A DNA stretch of 64,000 bases from an uncultured delta proteobacterium (GCA_963716725.1 CAVQUB010000012.1:256001-320000), one strand, 5' to 3'. Counted from the stretch's first letter, positions 18,311-28,794 are shown. Numbers and translations: made by a program. The notes: generated by a model not told the origin, from the letters alone.

Positions 18311-18511
18311 TCAGAGGTTGCTGGCTTGCAAGATGGTCTGGATGGCGAGCAGCGCTCCGATGGGAAACAGAATCCAGAGGTAGCGCACCTGCTGGTCCTT
18401 CAGTTCGGTCAGCGCCGATCGCATCTGCGTCAGTTCGCTCAACATGCGTGCGCTCTCCGACGCAGGCTCGTTTCCGCCCGACTTGCCGGTGTCGTCGTCC
18501 TTGTCTGCCAC
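18311..18511 (-). CDS. Small membrane protein (66 aa)
   Basis: GAAGGAG RBS before GTG; short coiled coil then TM YLWILFPIGALLAIQTIL. Confidence 0.6.
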   Translation of the reverse strand: MADKDDDTGKSGGNEPASESARMLSELTQMRSALTELKDQQVRYLWILFPIGALLAIQTILQASNL

Positions 18512-18657
18512 GTTCCGTCTCCTTCGTTCACTCCCGGGCGCCGCCCCAGAGTCGAGCGATTGTGGCTGGTTTGAGGGATCACCGGAAGCACGGATTTGTC
18601 CCGCTCGGGCCCGTTCGGCTTTTCGGATTGGCTGGCTCGTGCTGAGATCCCGGCGCC

Positions 18658-19236
18658 ATGAGCGAGCTCGGCCGCCGGCGGCTGATTCAGGTCGGAATCG
18701 CGGGGGCAGCGCTGCTCACGGTCGGCGGCGGGGCCCTGAGTTGGATCACGCGCGGCTACGCGCTCCGCGCCGGCGAGGTGGCCATTGGGCTCAGCGTGAA
18801 GCAGATGTGCGTGGCGCGAGCCGTGGTCGAGGCCCTCACGCCGGGCGGAGACGGATTGCCCTCGGGGCTCGAGCTGGAGGTCCATCAGCGCGTCGACGAG
18901 CAAGTCTGGGCGGCTGACCCAGGCATGGCCGACGATCTGCGGGCTGCGCTCGAGCTGATCGAGCACGTGCCCCCGCTCTTGGGCGGCTTTGGGCGATTCA
19001 CGGCCCTCGACCTTGCGTCGCGCCAAGCTGTCTTCGATCGCCTGTTGCGATCGCGGCGAGACCTCTTCGTGCAAATCGCGATGGCGTTCAAGCAGCTGGT
19101 GCAACTTTGCTACTACGCCGACGAGCGGGTGTGGCCCGCCATCGGCTACGACGGTCCTTGGATCCCTGAGCCGAAGCCTGCGGCGAGCGCGCTCCTCTAC
19201 GCGAAGCTCTTGGCCGAGCGCGGAGCACGCCCGTGA
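18658..19236 (+). CDS. Gluconate 2-dehydrogenase subunit 3-like protein (Tat-exported)
   Basis: GRRRLIQVG twin-arginine signal; FTALD..RQAVF, YYADERVWPAIGYDGP; coupled to a GMC oxidoreductase. Confidence 0.8.
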   Translation: MSELGRRRLIQVGIAGAALLTVGGGALSWITRGYALRAGEVAIGLSVKQMCVARAVVEALTPGGDGLPSGLELEVHQRVDEQVWAADPGMADDLRAALELIEHVPPLLGGFGRFTALDLASRQAVFDRLLRSRRDLFVQIAMAFKQLVQLCYYADERVWPAIGYDGPWIPEPKPAASALLYAKLLAERGARP

Positions 19237-20810
19237 TTCGCCAAGGCTATGAACTGGTGCGCGAGGGGCGTGACGTGGTGGAGCAGGCCGACGTGTGTGT
19301 GGTCGGCTCTGGCTGTGGAGGCGCGTCGCTCGCGGCGTGGCTGTCGGAGCGGGGGCGTTCCGTGGTCGTGGTGGAGCAGGGCGGCTACTACACCAAGGAC
19401 GATTTCGATCAGCGCGAGCTGAACATGTTGGCGAAGATCGACGGGGGTCGGGGCCTTCACGCCAGCGACGACGTGTCGATCTCACTCACTTATGGCAACA
19501 ACGTCGGCGGCGCGAGCGTGCACTATTGGGCCGACAGCTACCGCACGCCGCGGGACCGCTTGCTGGAGTGGCGCGAGGTGTTCGGAATCCTGGGTCACAG
19601 TGAGGAGGCTCTCGCCCCCCACTTTGCCGAGATCGAGCGCGATCTGAACGTTCACCCCGCCAGCGACGTGTACGCCAACAAGATGAACGTGCTGGTCGAG
19701 CGCGGCGCGCGGGCCCTCGGTTGGCACGTGGCCCGGGTGCCCCAGGCGCGAAACGCCTGTCGCGCCAGCGGGCACTGCATGCAGGGCTGCTCCTACGACG
19801 CCAAGCAAAGCCAGCTGGTCACCTACCTGCCCCGGGCCCTGGCCGCGGGGGCGCGGCTCTATTCCGACCTGCGCGCCGAGCGCATGGAGACCGCTGGGCG
19901 CCGCGTCGAAGCGCTGGTGGGTCGGGTGCTCGATCGCGCGACCGGGCGTCCCGCGGGGCCGACGGTGCGGGTGCAAGCCCGGGCCTTCGTGATCGCGGCG
20001 GGTGGCTACGGGACGCCGGAGTTTTTGCTGCGCCAAGGGCTCGGCGACGGGCTGCCCGCGCTCGGTCAGCATCTGTTCGTGAACCCCTGCCCGATGGTGC
20101 ACGCGCTCTTCGACGAAGACATCATCCAGTGGCGCAACATCCCCGCGGCCTGGGGCGTCGAGGAGTTCCGGCTCGCGCGCTACCAAGGTGAGCGTCGCGT
20201 GTTCGGGCGACCGTCGCGGAGTCGCTACCTCGAGGGCGGCTATCTGTTCATGCCCAATCAGCTGCAGCCGGGCATGCTCGGCGCCGTACTGCCGGGGTTT
20301 GGCCGTTCCCACGCCGAGCTGATGAAGCAGCTCTCGAGGCTCGGCGGCACGATCTGCTGGATAGACGACGTCGAGCCCGGCCAGATCCGCGTCGACGGCG
20401 GACGCCGTCGCATCGAGATGCCGCTGGGCGGGGGCAACGGAGAGCGCTTGCGCGACGCGTGGAAGAAGCAGGCTCAGCTCCTGTTCCAGGTGGGAGCGAA
20501 GCAGGTGTTGTTCGGCGATGCGGAGGACACGCGGATCGAGAGCGCAGCTCAGATTGACGAAGCGGTCCGAAAGCTGGTGATTCGTCCCGGCCGAAACGTG
20601 CTGGCGGCTCCCCACCCCGGCGGGGGCGCGCGCATGGGCGCGAGCGCGCGGGACTCGGTCGTCGGCGACGATCACCGCGTGCACGGCGTAGACAACCTGT
20701 TCGTCGCGGACCCCAGCGTATTCCCCAGCCCGCCCAGCGTGGATCCGAGCCTGACCATCATGGCCTTCAGCCGGGTGGCGGCCGCGGCCGTGAACGCGGC
20801 GGTTTCGTGA
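19233..20810 (+). CDS. GMC family oxidoreductase
   Basis: DVCVVGSGCGG FAD motif, CxxxGxCxxGC, HPGGGARMG, NLFVADPSVFP, PSLTIMA. Confidence 0.9.
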   Translation: MIRQGYELVREGRDVVEQADVCVVGSGCGGASLAAWLSERGRSVVVVEQGGYYTKDDFDQRELNMLAKIDGGRGLHASDDVSISLTYGNNVGGASVHYWADSYRTPRDRLLEWREVFGILGHSEEALAPHFAEIERDLNVHPASDVYANKMNVLVERGARALGWHVARVPQARNACRASGHCMQGCSYDAKQSQLVTYLPRALAAGARLYSDLRAERMETAGRRVEALVGRVLDRATGRPAGPTVRVQARAFVIAAGGYGTPEFLLRQGLGDGLPALGQHLFVNPCPMVHALFDEDIIQWRNIPAAWGVEEFRLARYQGERRVFGRPSRSRYLEGGYLFMPNQLQPGMLGAVLPGFGRSHAELMKQLSRLGGTICWIDDVEPGQIRVDGGRRRIEMPLGGGNGERLRDAWKKQAQLLFQVGAKQVLFGDAEDTRIESAAQIDEAVRKLVIRPGRNVLAAPHPGGGARMGASARDSVVGDDHRVHGVDNLFVADPSVFPSPPSVDPSLTIMAFSRVAAAAVNAAVS

Positions 20811-21127
20811 GCGGGAAGAAGCGCCCGCGAACGGAGCGGAGAGAGCGAGAGCGGGCGGCGCAGAAGCTCGGCGAAGCACGCGAGAAGTTGGCGCGGCTCG
20901 AGGCCGGAGGGGCGCCGGAACGCCCGCTCGACGTTGCGTCCGCATCGGTCATCGAACCTCGCGTCCGCTCGGAGCCTTGCCTGCGCTGCAATGCCGCCGT
21001 GCGCGTCGATGATCACCGCGCCGCTGTTGTCGGCCAGCGCCGACTGCGTGTCGTCCGCGGCAAGTGCTCGCACTGCGGCGCCGTGCGCGACTGGTACTTC
21101 CGGCTGACGAGCGAACTCGCGAGCTGA
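20807..21127 (+). CDS. Small putative zinc-ribbon protein
   Basis: CLRC...CSHC; GTGA overlap with the GMC gene. Confidence 0.7.
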   Translation: MSGKKRPRTERRERERAAQKLGEAREKLARLEAGGAPERPLDVASASVIEPRVRSEPCLRCNAAVRVDDHRAAVVGQRRLRVVRGKCSHCGAVRDWYFRLTSELAS

Positions 21128-21151
21128 GTTTTCCCGTCTGCCCGCACCGGG

Positions 21152-23116
21152 TTAGAACGCGTTCTCCAGTTGCTCGATGTCCTTCTTGAGGTCGTACATC
21201 CTGGGCGCGGGGCGAGGGGCAGCGCCGCTCGGTTTAGCGGCTGCCGGGCTGCCGTCGCGCGCCTGGTTGCGCTTCATCTCCAGCATCAGGGTCGGCGGAT
21301 ACTCGATTGAATACTGGATCTCGAACTTCCGCTTTTCCTTCGGCTTTAGGCTGAGAGGCCAGCGGAGGATGCCTTTGGAATCTGGCTTGGCGTCGGGGCT
21401 GATTTTGACGCCGCTGATCACGATATCTCTGTCTTCGGACACAGGGATGCGATCGGCCAACTGCAACGTCACCGGCTTGCTGGAGAGGTTCTCGACGGTG
21501 ACGATGAACGCCAGCTGCATCTGGGTGCGCTGCTTTCGAACCAGCGCACTGCGCTTCTTGTCGAGCGCTCTCGAGAGCTTGAGCTGATCGGCTACGCTCA
21601 GGAACAGCGCGAAGGGCTCTCCGTCGGCGACGAAGTCGAGGTTGGTCATGCCGAGGAAGGCGCCGGCCTGGTACAGGGCGACGTTGCCTGGCAAGAGCGG
21701 CTGCCCGCTCTCGTTGTGCATCTCGAGGGTTTGGGCGGCGTTGAGGGACTGCTCGGGAGCAGCGACGACAGCCTTCTTCGCCTTCAGGTTCACGCGGCCG
21801 ATGGGCACCCTCACCGAGCGGCCGTTGGCCCGCACCTTGGTCGTGCTCATCGCCTTGAACTGGGCCGTGGTCCCGCGCTGCTGGAGGCTCTGGAAGATCT
21901 CGACCGTCTTGCTCTGCACCACCTGCAGGTACTCGAAGTTCGTCTTGTAGCTCTGCTCGAAGTCGCTGCTGAGGTCGACGCTCTGCACCCGCTTGTTCCA
22001 AAGGTGATTTTGACCCTTGAAGGCCGCTTCGGCTCGCCTGAACGACGCTGACCGCCTCTCGATGCTTTGGGTCGCGGCCCGGGTGTCGCCGAGCGTGAGC
22101 GCCTCGAGCTCGGGAATGCGGACCGCCGCGGTGGAGGACTGGGTCGAGAAGCTCAGTTCCGCGTTGTCCCAATCCTCCCCGCTGGCCTGGGTCACGACCG
22201 CGAAGGAGGTGACCTCGACCGACGTCGGATCGGCGTCGGCCGCACGAAGCTCGTGCACGGTCTCCCACGTCGCGCCCGGAAGCATGTACTCCAGCACCAA
22301 CTGACCCTCGGTCGGCGTAGCGCCCTGCACGGTTACGAAGACCCGCGTCTCTTCGAGCTGGGTCAGACCGCGCAGCTCGTCGAGCCGCTTCTTGGCGGCT
22401 TTGAGCTCGGGACCGAGCTTCTCGCGTTCGGCCTGGACGGCGCGCCGGGCCTTGGCCGTCTCGCGCAGTGTCTTGGCGATGAACTCGACTACCGCCGCAT
22501 AGGTCGCGACGCCGATTCTTCCGCCGACTGCGGCGTGGCGGCCGCTCCCGACTTCGCCGGCGACCACGTCCTTGTCGAGCTTGTCGAGGGAGAATGTCTT
22601 GATGTCCTCGACCTGCTTGTTCTTCGCGTCCAGCACCTTCAGCTCGTCATCGAGCGCGCCTGTTCGATGGGCCAGCGCCCGAGCGTGCGCCTCGGCCTTG
22701 CGGTGGTTCCGCTCGGTCGCTCGGGCCAGGTAGCTCCTGCTGACCCTCACGTCCAAGATGCGGCCGGCGGTCGAGGAGACACGCACCGAGCCATCGTCCA
22801 CCCAGCCCGGGAGCTGCTTGAAGGCGTAGACCGTTGGTCCAGTGGTGATCTTGGCCTTGGCCTCGCGTGTCACGAGCGCCCGGTCCGAATAGACGGTCAC
22901 CTTTCGGATCGAGGACGAGAGCGAGACCGCGTGGGGATCGTCCGGCCCCGGGTCCACCAGACCCGCCCTTGGCGTGGACGGATCGAGCCCGCCGGCCCCG
23001 CCGCTGGGCGTCTTGGCCGAGGAGGGGGCCGTGGCAGTCGTCGCCGCACATCCCATGAGCAGCCACGCCCCGAGGCAAATCCAAGTCAAGCGCCCGAAGG
23101 CTCGCGTCTCCGACAT
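21152..23116 (-). CDS. DUF4140/DUF4139 (MuiA-like) lipoprotein
   Basis: VTVYSDRALVTR, coiled coil, VTQASGEDW..LSFST, PLLPG, DRIPVS. Confidence 0.85.
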   Translation of the reverse strand: MSETRAFGRLTWICLGAWLLMGCAATTATAPSSAKTPSGGAGGLDPSTPRAGLVDPGPDDPHAVSLSSSIRKVTVYSDRALVTREAKAKITTGPTVYAFKQLPGWVDDGSVRVSSTAGRILDVRVSRSYLARATERNHRKAEAHARALAHRTGALDDELKVLDAKNKQVEDIKTFSLDKLDKDVVAGEVGSGRHAAVGGRIGVATYAAVVEFIAKTLRETAKARRAVQAEREKLGPELKAAKKRLDELRGLTQLEETRVFVTVQGATPTEGQLVLEYMLPGATWETVHELRAADADPTSVEVTSFAVVTQASGEDWDNAELSFSTQSSTAAVRIPELEALTLGDTRAATQSIERRSASFRRAEAAFKGQNHLWNKRVQSVDLSSDFEQSYKTNFEYLQVVQSKTVEIFQSLQQRGTTAQFKAMSTTKVRANGRSVRVPIGRVNLKAKKAVVAAPEQSLNAAQTLEMHNESGQPLLPGNVALYQAGAFLGMTNLDFVADGEPFALFLSVADQLKLSRALDKKRSALVRKQRTQMQLAFIVTVENLSSKPVTLQLADRIPVSEDRDIVISGVKISPDAKPDSKGILRWPLSLKPKEKRKFEIQYSIEYPPTLMLEMKRNQARDGSPAAAKPSGAAPRPAPRMYDLKKDIEQLENAF

Positions 23117-23246
23117 CAGTTCCCCTGCATACGCTCGTCGGCGCCCTCCGATCTGAAATTAGGTAGATTCCGCCTCGCCACCCTGCGAGGCCTCGGGCTC
23201 CCGAGCCGACTTCTCGGCTCCAGCCGCGCGTGCGAGGCTCGTCGTC

Positions 23247-24902
23247 ATGACGATCCTGACGGAGACCCCGGCCTGGCGCGCCCTGGCGCTGCATCAGCAG
23301 GACCTCGCCGGCACCTCGATGCGGCAGCTCTTCGCGGCGGATCCGGAGCGCTTTCAGCGATTCACGCTGCAATTGCCCGGAATGCTGCTGGACTTCTCCA
23401 AGCATCGAGTGACCGGGGAGACGATCGCGCTCCTGGTGAAGCTCGCCGAGGTGGCCGGGGTGCAGCCTCGCATCGAGCAGATGTTCGCCGGGGAGGCCAT
23501 CAACACCACGGAGCAACGGCCCGTCTTTCACGTGGCGCTCCGGAATCGCTCGGGCGCATCCATGACGACCCTGGGCAAAGACGTGATGCCGGACGTGCTG
23601 GCGGTGCTCGCCAAGATGCGCCGCCTCGTCGCCGCGCTCGAGAGCGGAGCGTGGCGCGGCCACACTGGCAAGAAGATCCACGACATCGTCAACATCGGGA
23701 TTGGCGGCTCGGATCTGGGGCCGGTCATGGCGACCGAGGCGCTGCGGCCATTTTGGAGAGCGGACATCGATGTGCATTTCGTCTCCAACATCGACGGCAC
23801 CCACCTCTCGGAGACCCTGCGGCGCCTCGACCCTGAAACAACCCTGTTTTCCGTCGCATCCAAGACCTTCACCACTCAGGAGACGCTGACCAACGCGCGA
23901 TCGGCCCGCGACTGGTTGGTGCGACGGCTGGGGGACGAGTCGGCGGTGAGAAAGCACTTCGTCGCGCTCTCGACCAACACCAAGGCCGTCAGCGAGTTCG
24001 GCATCGATCCGGAGAACATGTTCGAGTTCTGGGATTGGGTCGGCGGGCGCTACTCGCTGTGGTCCGCCATCGGCTTGCCCATCGCCTGCGCGATCGGCAT
24101 GGATCGATTCGAAGAGATGCTCGCGGGGGCTCACGAAGTCGACCAGCACTTCCAAAGCGCGCCGCTGGCCACGAACGCCCCGGTGTTGATGGCGCTGCTC
24201 GGTGTTTGGTACTCCGGATTTTTCGGCGCGGCCTCCCACGCTATCCTGCCCTACGACCAGTACCTGCACCGCTTCGCGGCCTACCTGCAGCAGGCGGATA
24301 TGGAGAGCAACGGCAAGGGGGTCGACCGGAGCGGGCGACCCATCACGGGCTACGACACCGGCCCCATCGTGTTCGGCGAGCCGGGCACCAACGGCCAGCA
24401 CGCGTTCTACCAGCTGATTCATCAAGGCACGCGGCTCGTTCCCGCGGACTTCATCGCGCCCGTGAAGTCGCAGAACCCTCTGGGGCAGCACCACGACATC
24501 TTGCTCGCGAACTTCTTCGCTCAGACCGAGGCGCTGATGCGCGGCAAGACCCTCGACGAGGTGGACGCGGAGCTCGAGCGCAGCGGAGCGAGCACCGAGC
24601 GCATCGCCGCGCTGCGCCAGCACAAGGTGTTCACCGGCAATCGGCCCACGACCTCCATTGTGCTCGATGAGCTCGATCCACGGACCCTGGGCCGATTGGT
24701 CGCGCTCTACGAGCACAAGATCTTCGTGCAAGGCGTGATCTGGGACGTCAACAGCTTCGACCAGTGGGGTGTCGAGTTGGGCAAGCAGCTGGCCAACGCC
24801 ATCTTGCCCGAGCTGAGCGACGATCGTCCGGTGGCCGGCCACGACGGATCCACCAACGGGCTCATCAACCACATGAAGCGCGTCCGGTCGCGATTCGATT
24901 GA
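23247..24902 (+). CDS. pgi: Glucose-6-phosphate isomerase
   Basis: [60 protein letters not shown]. Confidence 0.98.
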   Translation: MTILTETPAWRALALHQQDLAGTSMRQLFAADPERFQRFTLQLPGMLLDFSKHRVTGETIALLVKLAEVAGVQPRIEQMFAGEAINTTEQRPVFHVALRNRSGASMTTLGKDVMPDVLAVLAKMRRLVAALESGAWRGHTGKKIHDIVNIGIGGSDLGPVMATEALRPFWRADIDVHFVSNIDGTHLSETLRRLDPETTLFSVASKTFTTQETLTNARSARDWLVRRLGDESAVRKHFVALSTNTKAVSEFGIDPENMFEFWDWVGGRYSLWSAIGLPIACAIGMDRFEEMLAGAHEVDQHFQSAPLATNAPVLMALLGVWYSGFFGAASHAILPYDQYLHRFAAYLQQADMESNGKGVDRSGRPITGYDTGPIVFGEPGTNGQHAFYQLIHQGTRLVPADFIAPVKSQNPLGQHHDILLANFFAQTEALMRGKTLDEVDAELERSGASTERIAALRQHKVFTGNRPTTSIVLDELDPRTLGRLVALYEHKIFVQGVIWDVNSFDQWGVELGKQLANAILPELSDDRPVAGHDGSTNGLINHMKRVRSRFD

Positions 24903-24935
24903 CGCAGGGTACTGCCTTCGGGCAATAGCTAGGAG

Positions 24936-25316
24936 ATGGACATGGGAGCGGGGATCGGGATCATCGTCACTGTCGTCAGCCTGCTCTTCACGCTGGTGGT
25001 GATGGCGGGCGTGGGCTTCGTGATGTGGAAGGTGTTCGGCGGGCTGATGAAGCAGTCCCAGGAACGCCAGCGCCTGCTGACGACTGGCATGCCGGCCACT
25101 GGACGCGTGCTTCAACTCGCGGACACCGGCATGCTGGTGAACCACAACCCGCAGGTGCGCATCATCGTCGAGGTGCAGATGCCCGGTCGCCCGCCCTATC
25201 AGGCGGACACGACCATGGTCCTGTCGATGTTGGCGGTGCCTCGCGTGCAGCCCGGGTGCACGGTCAACCTGCGCGTCGATCCGATGAATCCGGCCAGCAT
25301 CGCGATCTTGATTTGA
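24936..25316 (+). CDS. Membrane-anchored small OB-fold-like protein
   Basis: N-terminal TM, GxPAxGRV..DTG..VNHNP, VRVDP-like end; AGGAG RBS. Confidence 0.7.
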   Translation: MDMGAGIGIIVTVVSLLFTLVVMAGVGFVMWKVFGGLMKQSQERQRLLTTGMPATGRVLQLADTGMLVNHNPQVRIIVEVQMPGRPPYQADTTMVLSMLAVPRVQPGCTVNLRVDPMNPASIAILI

Positions 25317-25343
25317 CGCCGCACGGCCCGCGTCGGGCCGCGC

Positions 25344-26717
25344 CTACCCCGCCCGCAGGTGGTACGCCTTGGGCTTCGTGAACGCCTCGATGCCGTAGCT
25401 CGAGAGCGTGCAGCCGATGCCGGAGTGACCGCGGCCCGACCAGGGCAGGCGCGGGCTCACTCGGTCGCAACAGTTCCAATACGCGGTGCCGACGTCGAGT
25501 TCGCTCAGGATGGCCTCGGCTCGCGTACGGCTCGCGGAGTAGACCGCCGCGGTGAGTCCGTATTCGGTGTCCGCCATCAGCTCTCGGGCGGCCACGTCCG
25601 AGGGGACCTTCATCAGGCCGATGACGGGGCCAAAGGACTCGTCGCGCATGACAAGCATGTCGTGGGTGACGTCGACCAGCACCGTCGGCTCGAAGAAGAA
25701 GCCGGGTCGGTCGGCCTTGCGCCCTCCCGTGAGCAGCTTGGCCCCGCGGCGCAGCGCATCGGCGATCTGGTCTTCGAGGGTAGCCAGGGCGAGCTCGCGC
25801 CGGGCGAGTGGTCCGATGTAGGTGTCGGGATCGGTCGGATCGCCGAGCACGAAGGCCTTCACCACCGCAGTAAACTCCCGCACGAAGGGATCCCAGATGG
25901 ATTCGTGGACGTAGACGCGCTCGACGGCGCAGCAGCTCTGCCCGGTGTTGTAGAAGGCGCCGTCGGCGGTGGCCGCGGCGGCTTGCTTCGGATCCACGTC
26001 GTCGCACACATAGGCCGGATCCTTGCCGCCGAGCTCGAGCTGAAGCCGAATCATGCGGTGCGCGAGCGCCTGCGCGATGCGAGCGCCGGTGGCGTGCGAG
26101 CCCGTGAAGAAGGCGCCATCGACCCGCTGCTCGATCAGCGCGGCCCCCACACTGCCGCCGCCGATGACGCTCACGAAGGCGTCGTGGGGGACCCCCGAGT
26201 CGTGCAAAGCCTGCTCGATGCCGAGCCCCGTGAGCGTCGCGTATTCACTCGGCTTGTACAGCACCGAGTTCCCGGTCAGCAGCGCCGGCACGAACACGTT
26301 GGCGCCGACGAAGAAGGGGTAGTTCCAGGCGCTGACGTTGGCGACGACGCCCAGCGGTTCGTGGCGGATGCGCTCCTCGGTGCCGCCGGCGTCGGCCGTG
26401 GCCACGATCTCGTCCTCGATCTCGGGCCCGGTGTGGTCCAGGAAGAAGTCGATGCGAGCGCCGAGCGCGCCGAGCTCGTTTCGTGACTGCGCGAGCGGCT
26501 TACCCACTTCGCTCGTGAGCGTGAGCGCGAGGGCTTCGCGCCGCTCGGCGATCGTGTCGCGGAAGCGTCTCAGATGGTCGGCTCGGATCGGAAACGGTGT
26601 CTGGGCCCACGCTCGCTGCCCGCGCCGTGCTCGGGCCACCTTTTCGGCCACCGAGTCCCGCGTATCCTCGCCGATCTCCTCCAGCGTTTGCCCAGTCGCA
26701 GGGTTGACGATGCGCAT
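25344..26717 (-). CDS. Aldehyde dehydrogenase
   Basis: AWNYP, FTGS, LELGGKDP, GQSCCAVER, ESFGP. Confidence 0.95.
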   Translation of the reverse strand: MRIVNPATGQTLEEIGEDTRDSVAEKVARARRGQRAWAQTPFPIRADHLRRFRDTIAERREALALTLTSEVGKPLAQSRNELGALGARIDFFLDHTGPEIEDEIVATADAGGTEERIRHEPLGVVANVSAWNYPFFVGANVFVPALLTGNSVLYKPSEYATLTGLGIEQALHDSGVPHDAFVSVIGGGSVGAALIEQRVDGAFFTGSHATGARIAQALAHRMIRLQLELGGKDPAYVCDDVDPKQAAAATADGAFYNTGQSCCAVERVYVHESIWDPFVREFTAVVKAFVLGDPTDPDTYIGPLARRELALATLEDQIADALRRGAKLLTGGRKADRPGFFFEPTVLVDVTHDMLVMRDESFGPVIGLMKVPSDVAARELMADTEYGLTAAVYSASRTRAEAILSELDVGTAYWNCCDRVSPRLPWSGRGHSGIGCTLSSYGIEAFTKPKAYHLRAG

Positions 26718-26762
26718 GGCGGGTTCATATCACGCCGCTGACCACCGGTCGCGAGCCGGAGT

Positions 26763-27236
26763 ATGCTGTGCGTCGTGCCGCCAACCTTCGACCAAGTCTG
26801 CCGGGCGACGCGAGCGGAACTCGAAACGCTCTACGCCGAGCAATGCCCGGTCGCGATTCCGACGGGTGTGTGGAGGGGCCGGCACCTGATGTGGCTCGAC
26901 ACCGAGGCCGCGCGCCATCCCATCTTGCGCCCGCTGGAGGAGCTCGTGTTCGCGCGCCTGCCCTGGAGTATCGACTTCGATCGCCGGCGCTGGTTCTGGC
27001 TGGGCATGCCGATCGGGGTCGGACACTTCAGTCCGAGCGCCGGGCCCTCGCGCTGGCGAGACGCTGAGACGCTTCGCCTTTTGTACGACGACCGAGCGCT
27101 GCCGGGGTTCGTGAATCAGTTCTTGTACGACGAGGTCAAGCCGCTCTCGGACGATCTCTGCCTGGGACTCGGCGGGATCTCCGCGGGGCGCGGCAAGGGC
27201 GAGCAGTTCTTCTTCGCGCTCACCCGCAGCGACTGA
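26763..27236 (+). CDS. Hypothetical protein
   Basis: Plausible globular ORF (LYDEVKPLSDDLCLGLG..FFFAL) filling the intergenic gap. Confidence 0.6.
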   Translation: MLCVVPPTFDQVCRATRAELETLYAEQCPVAIPTGVWRGRHLMWLDTEAARHPILRPLEELVFARLPWSIDFDRRRWFWLGMPIGVGHFSPSAGPSRWRDAETLRLLYDDRALPGFVNQFLYDEVKPLSDDLCLGLGGISAGRGKGEQFFFALTRSD

Positions 27237-27253
27237 ACTTCGGCGGAAGGGGC

Positions 27254-28006
27254 TCAACGCTGGGCGCGCGCCGCGAGCACGGCGTCCGCGACGATTCGAC
27301 CGAGCACGGCGATGGTCGCGCGTCCTTCTTCCGCGGTCGCGCCCGACGGCGAGCCGAAGTAGGCGCGATCGCCGCCCGCCGCTTCGAAGCTGGTCAGCCC
27401 CTCGCGGATGGCTCGCGACAAGCTGGCGGGGTTGTCCGGGAGCGACCGCGCGAGGTCCTGGTTCACCAGGTCGGGGCGCTCGGCCAACACCATCGAACCC
27501 TCGTACTGGCCCGCATGACACGCGCCGCTCTTGAACTCGTCTGTGAGGCGGAGCGCCCACGGCTTGCGAGTGACGTCGGGGAACACGACCTGGGTCTTTC
27601 CCGCGAGCGCTTCGACGGCAGCGCAGAGCGAGCCGATGTGGTTGGGCTCGAGGTGCGCGTTGGCGAGAACGAGCCGCGAGAGGCCGTGGCTGGCCAGGGC
27701 CTCGGCGATGTCGACGACCAGCGCTGTGACCGTCTCGGGGCGGACCGAAATCGTGCCCGCGAAGCCCGCGGCGTAGCCCGCCGAGGTGTAGGCCAGCGGC
27801 GGCGCCACCAGCGCGCGCACGCCGTGGACAGCGAGCTCCTCGCATCCAGCGAAGGCCATGGACTCGGCGATGATCACGTCGGTGGAGAGCGGGAGGTGCG
27901 GGCCGTGCGCCTCCGTGGCGCCCACCGGGAGGATCACCCAAAGCTCGTGTTTGTCCAGATCGCGCAGCGTCTCCCAAGTGAGATCCGCCAGGCGCGACAC
28001 GCTCAC
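27254..28006 (-). CDS. Creatininase family protein
   Basis: LPVGATEAHGPHLPLSTD, NAH, HAGQYEGS; GTG start overlaps the upstream TGA (GTGA). Confidence 0.88.
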   Translation of the reverse strand: MSVSRLADLTWETLRDLDKHELWVILPVGATEAHGPHLPLSTDVIIAESMAFAGCEELAVHGVRALVAPPLAYTSAGYAAGFAGTISVRPETVTALVVDIAEALASHGLSRLVLANAHLEPNHIGSLCAAVEALAGKTQVVFPDVTRKPWALRLTDEFKSGACHAGQYEGSMVLAERPDLVNQDLARSLPDNPASLSRAIREGLTSFEAAGGDRAYFGSPSGATAEEGRATIAVLGRIVADAVLAARAQR

Positions 28007-28794
28007 GACACCTTGCCGACGCGCTCGGCGAACTCGGCGATCTGCTCGACCAAGAGATCGAAGTCGTGGTCGAGGGTCGCGACGTGATACGAGCGCGGCA
28101 GCACGAGTTCGGTGGCGAAGCCGCTCGGCAGCATCTCGATCAGCGCGCGGGAATTCTGGGGCGGGACGCTGTGATCCTCGGGCGAGTAGGCCACCAGCAC
28201 CGGCAGCTTCAGCGCTTCGACGCCGCGGCGGATCCGCGGAAGCTGCTTCAAGAACGAGTTGCCGGATTTCGTCGGCAGCGTGTCGTAGGCTTTCTCGTCG
28301 CCACCTTTGGCGATGTCGTTCTTGATCAGACCCCCGAGCGATGCCGGCACGACCGGCAGCAAGTGCTCGAGCACGGGCGCCGCCTTGGCCAACGCGCCCT
28401 CCCGGTCGAGGACGGTGCAGTTGATGGGGACCACACCGGCGACTCTGTCCGGGCGCGCGCAGGCGACGTCGAGCGCAATCGTTCCACCCATGCTCAGGCC
28501 CGAGAGCACGACCCGCTTGCCGCGCTGCAACAGGTCGCTGAGCGCGCGGTCCATCTCCCAGCGCCAATCGCCGTAGCGCGTGGCGGCCATGTCGCGCCAG
28601 TGCGTGCCGTGGCCCGGCAGGCGGATCACCTCGACGGCAAAGCCTCGGGCGGCCAGCGCTTCGCCCAGGGGACGAGTGGCCGTCGGGTTGCCGGTGAAGC
28701 CGTGGCTCACGACGATGCCGATGTCGGATCGCGCGCCGGAGCCCGGCGACGACCAGGCCTCGGCTCCAGGCAGGACGGGAAATCGTTCGGACAT
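28003..28794 (-). CDS. Carboxylesterase / monoacylglycerol lipase (alpha/beta hydrolase)
   Basis: HGFTG, LPGHGT, GLSMGG nucleophile elbow, DHSVP, SYHVATLD. Confidence 0.88.
   Translation of the reverse strand: MSERFPVLPGAEAWSSPGSGARSDIGIVVSHGFTGNPTATRPLGEALAARGFAVEVIRLPGHGTHWRDMAATRYGDWRWEMDRALSDLLQRGKRVVLSGLSMGGTIALDVACARPDRVAGVVPINCTVLDREGALAKAAPVLEHLLPVVPASLGGLIKNDIAKGGDEKAYDTLPTKSGNSFLKQLPRIRRGVEALKLPVLVAYSPEDHSVPPQNSRALIEMLPSGFATELVLPRSYHVATLDHDFDLLVEQIAEFAERVGKVS

Noticed and set aside
27254..28006. Mycofactocin MftE / RiPP cluster suggested by the creatininase gene
   Set aside because: No precursor peptide, radical SAM or PqqD-like gene nearby
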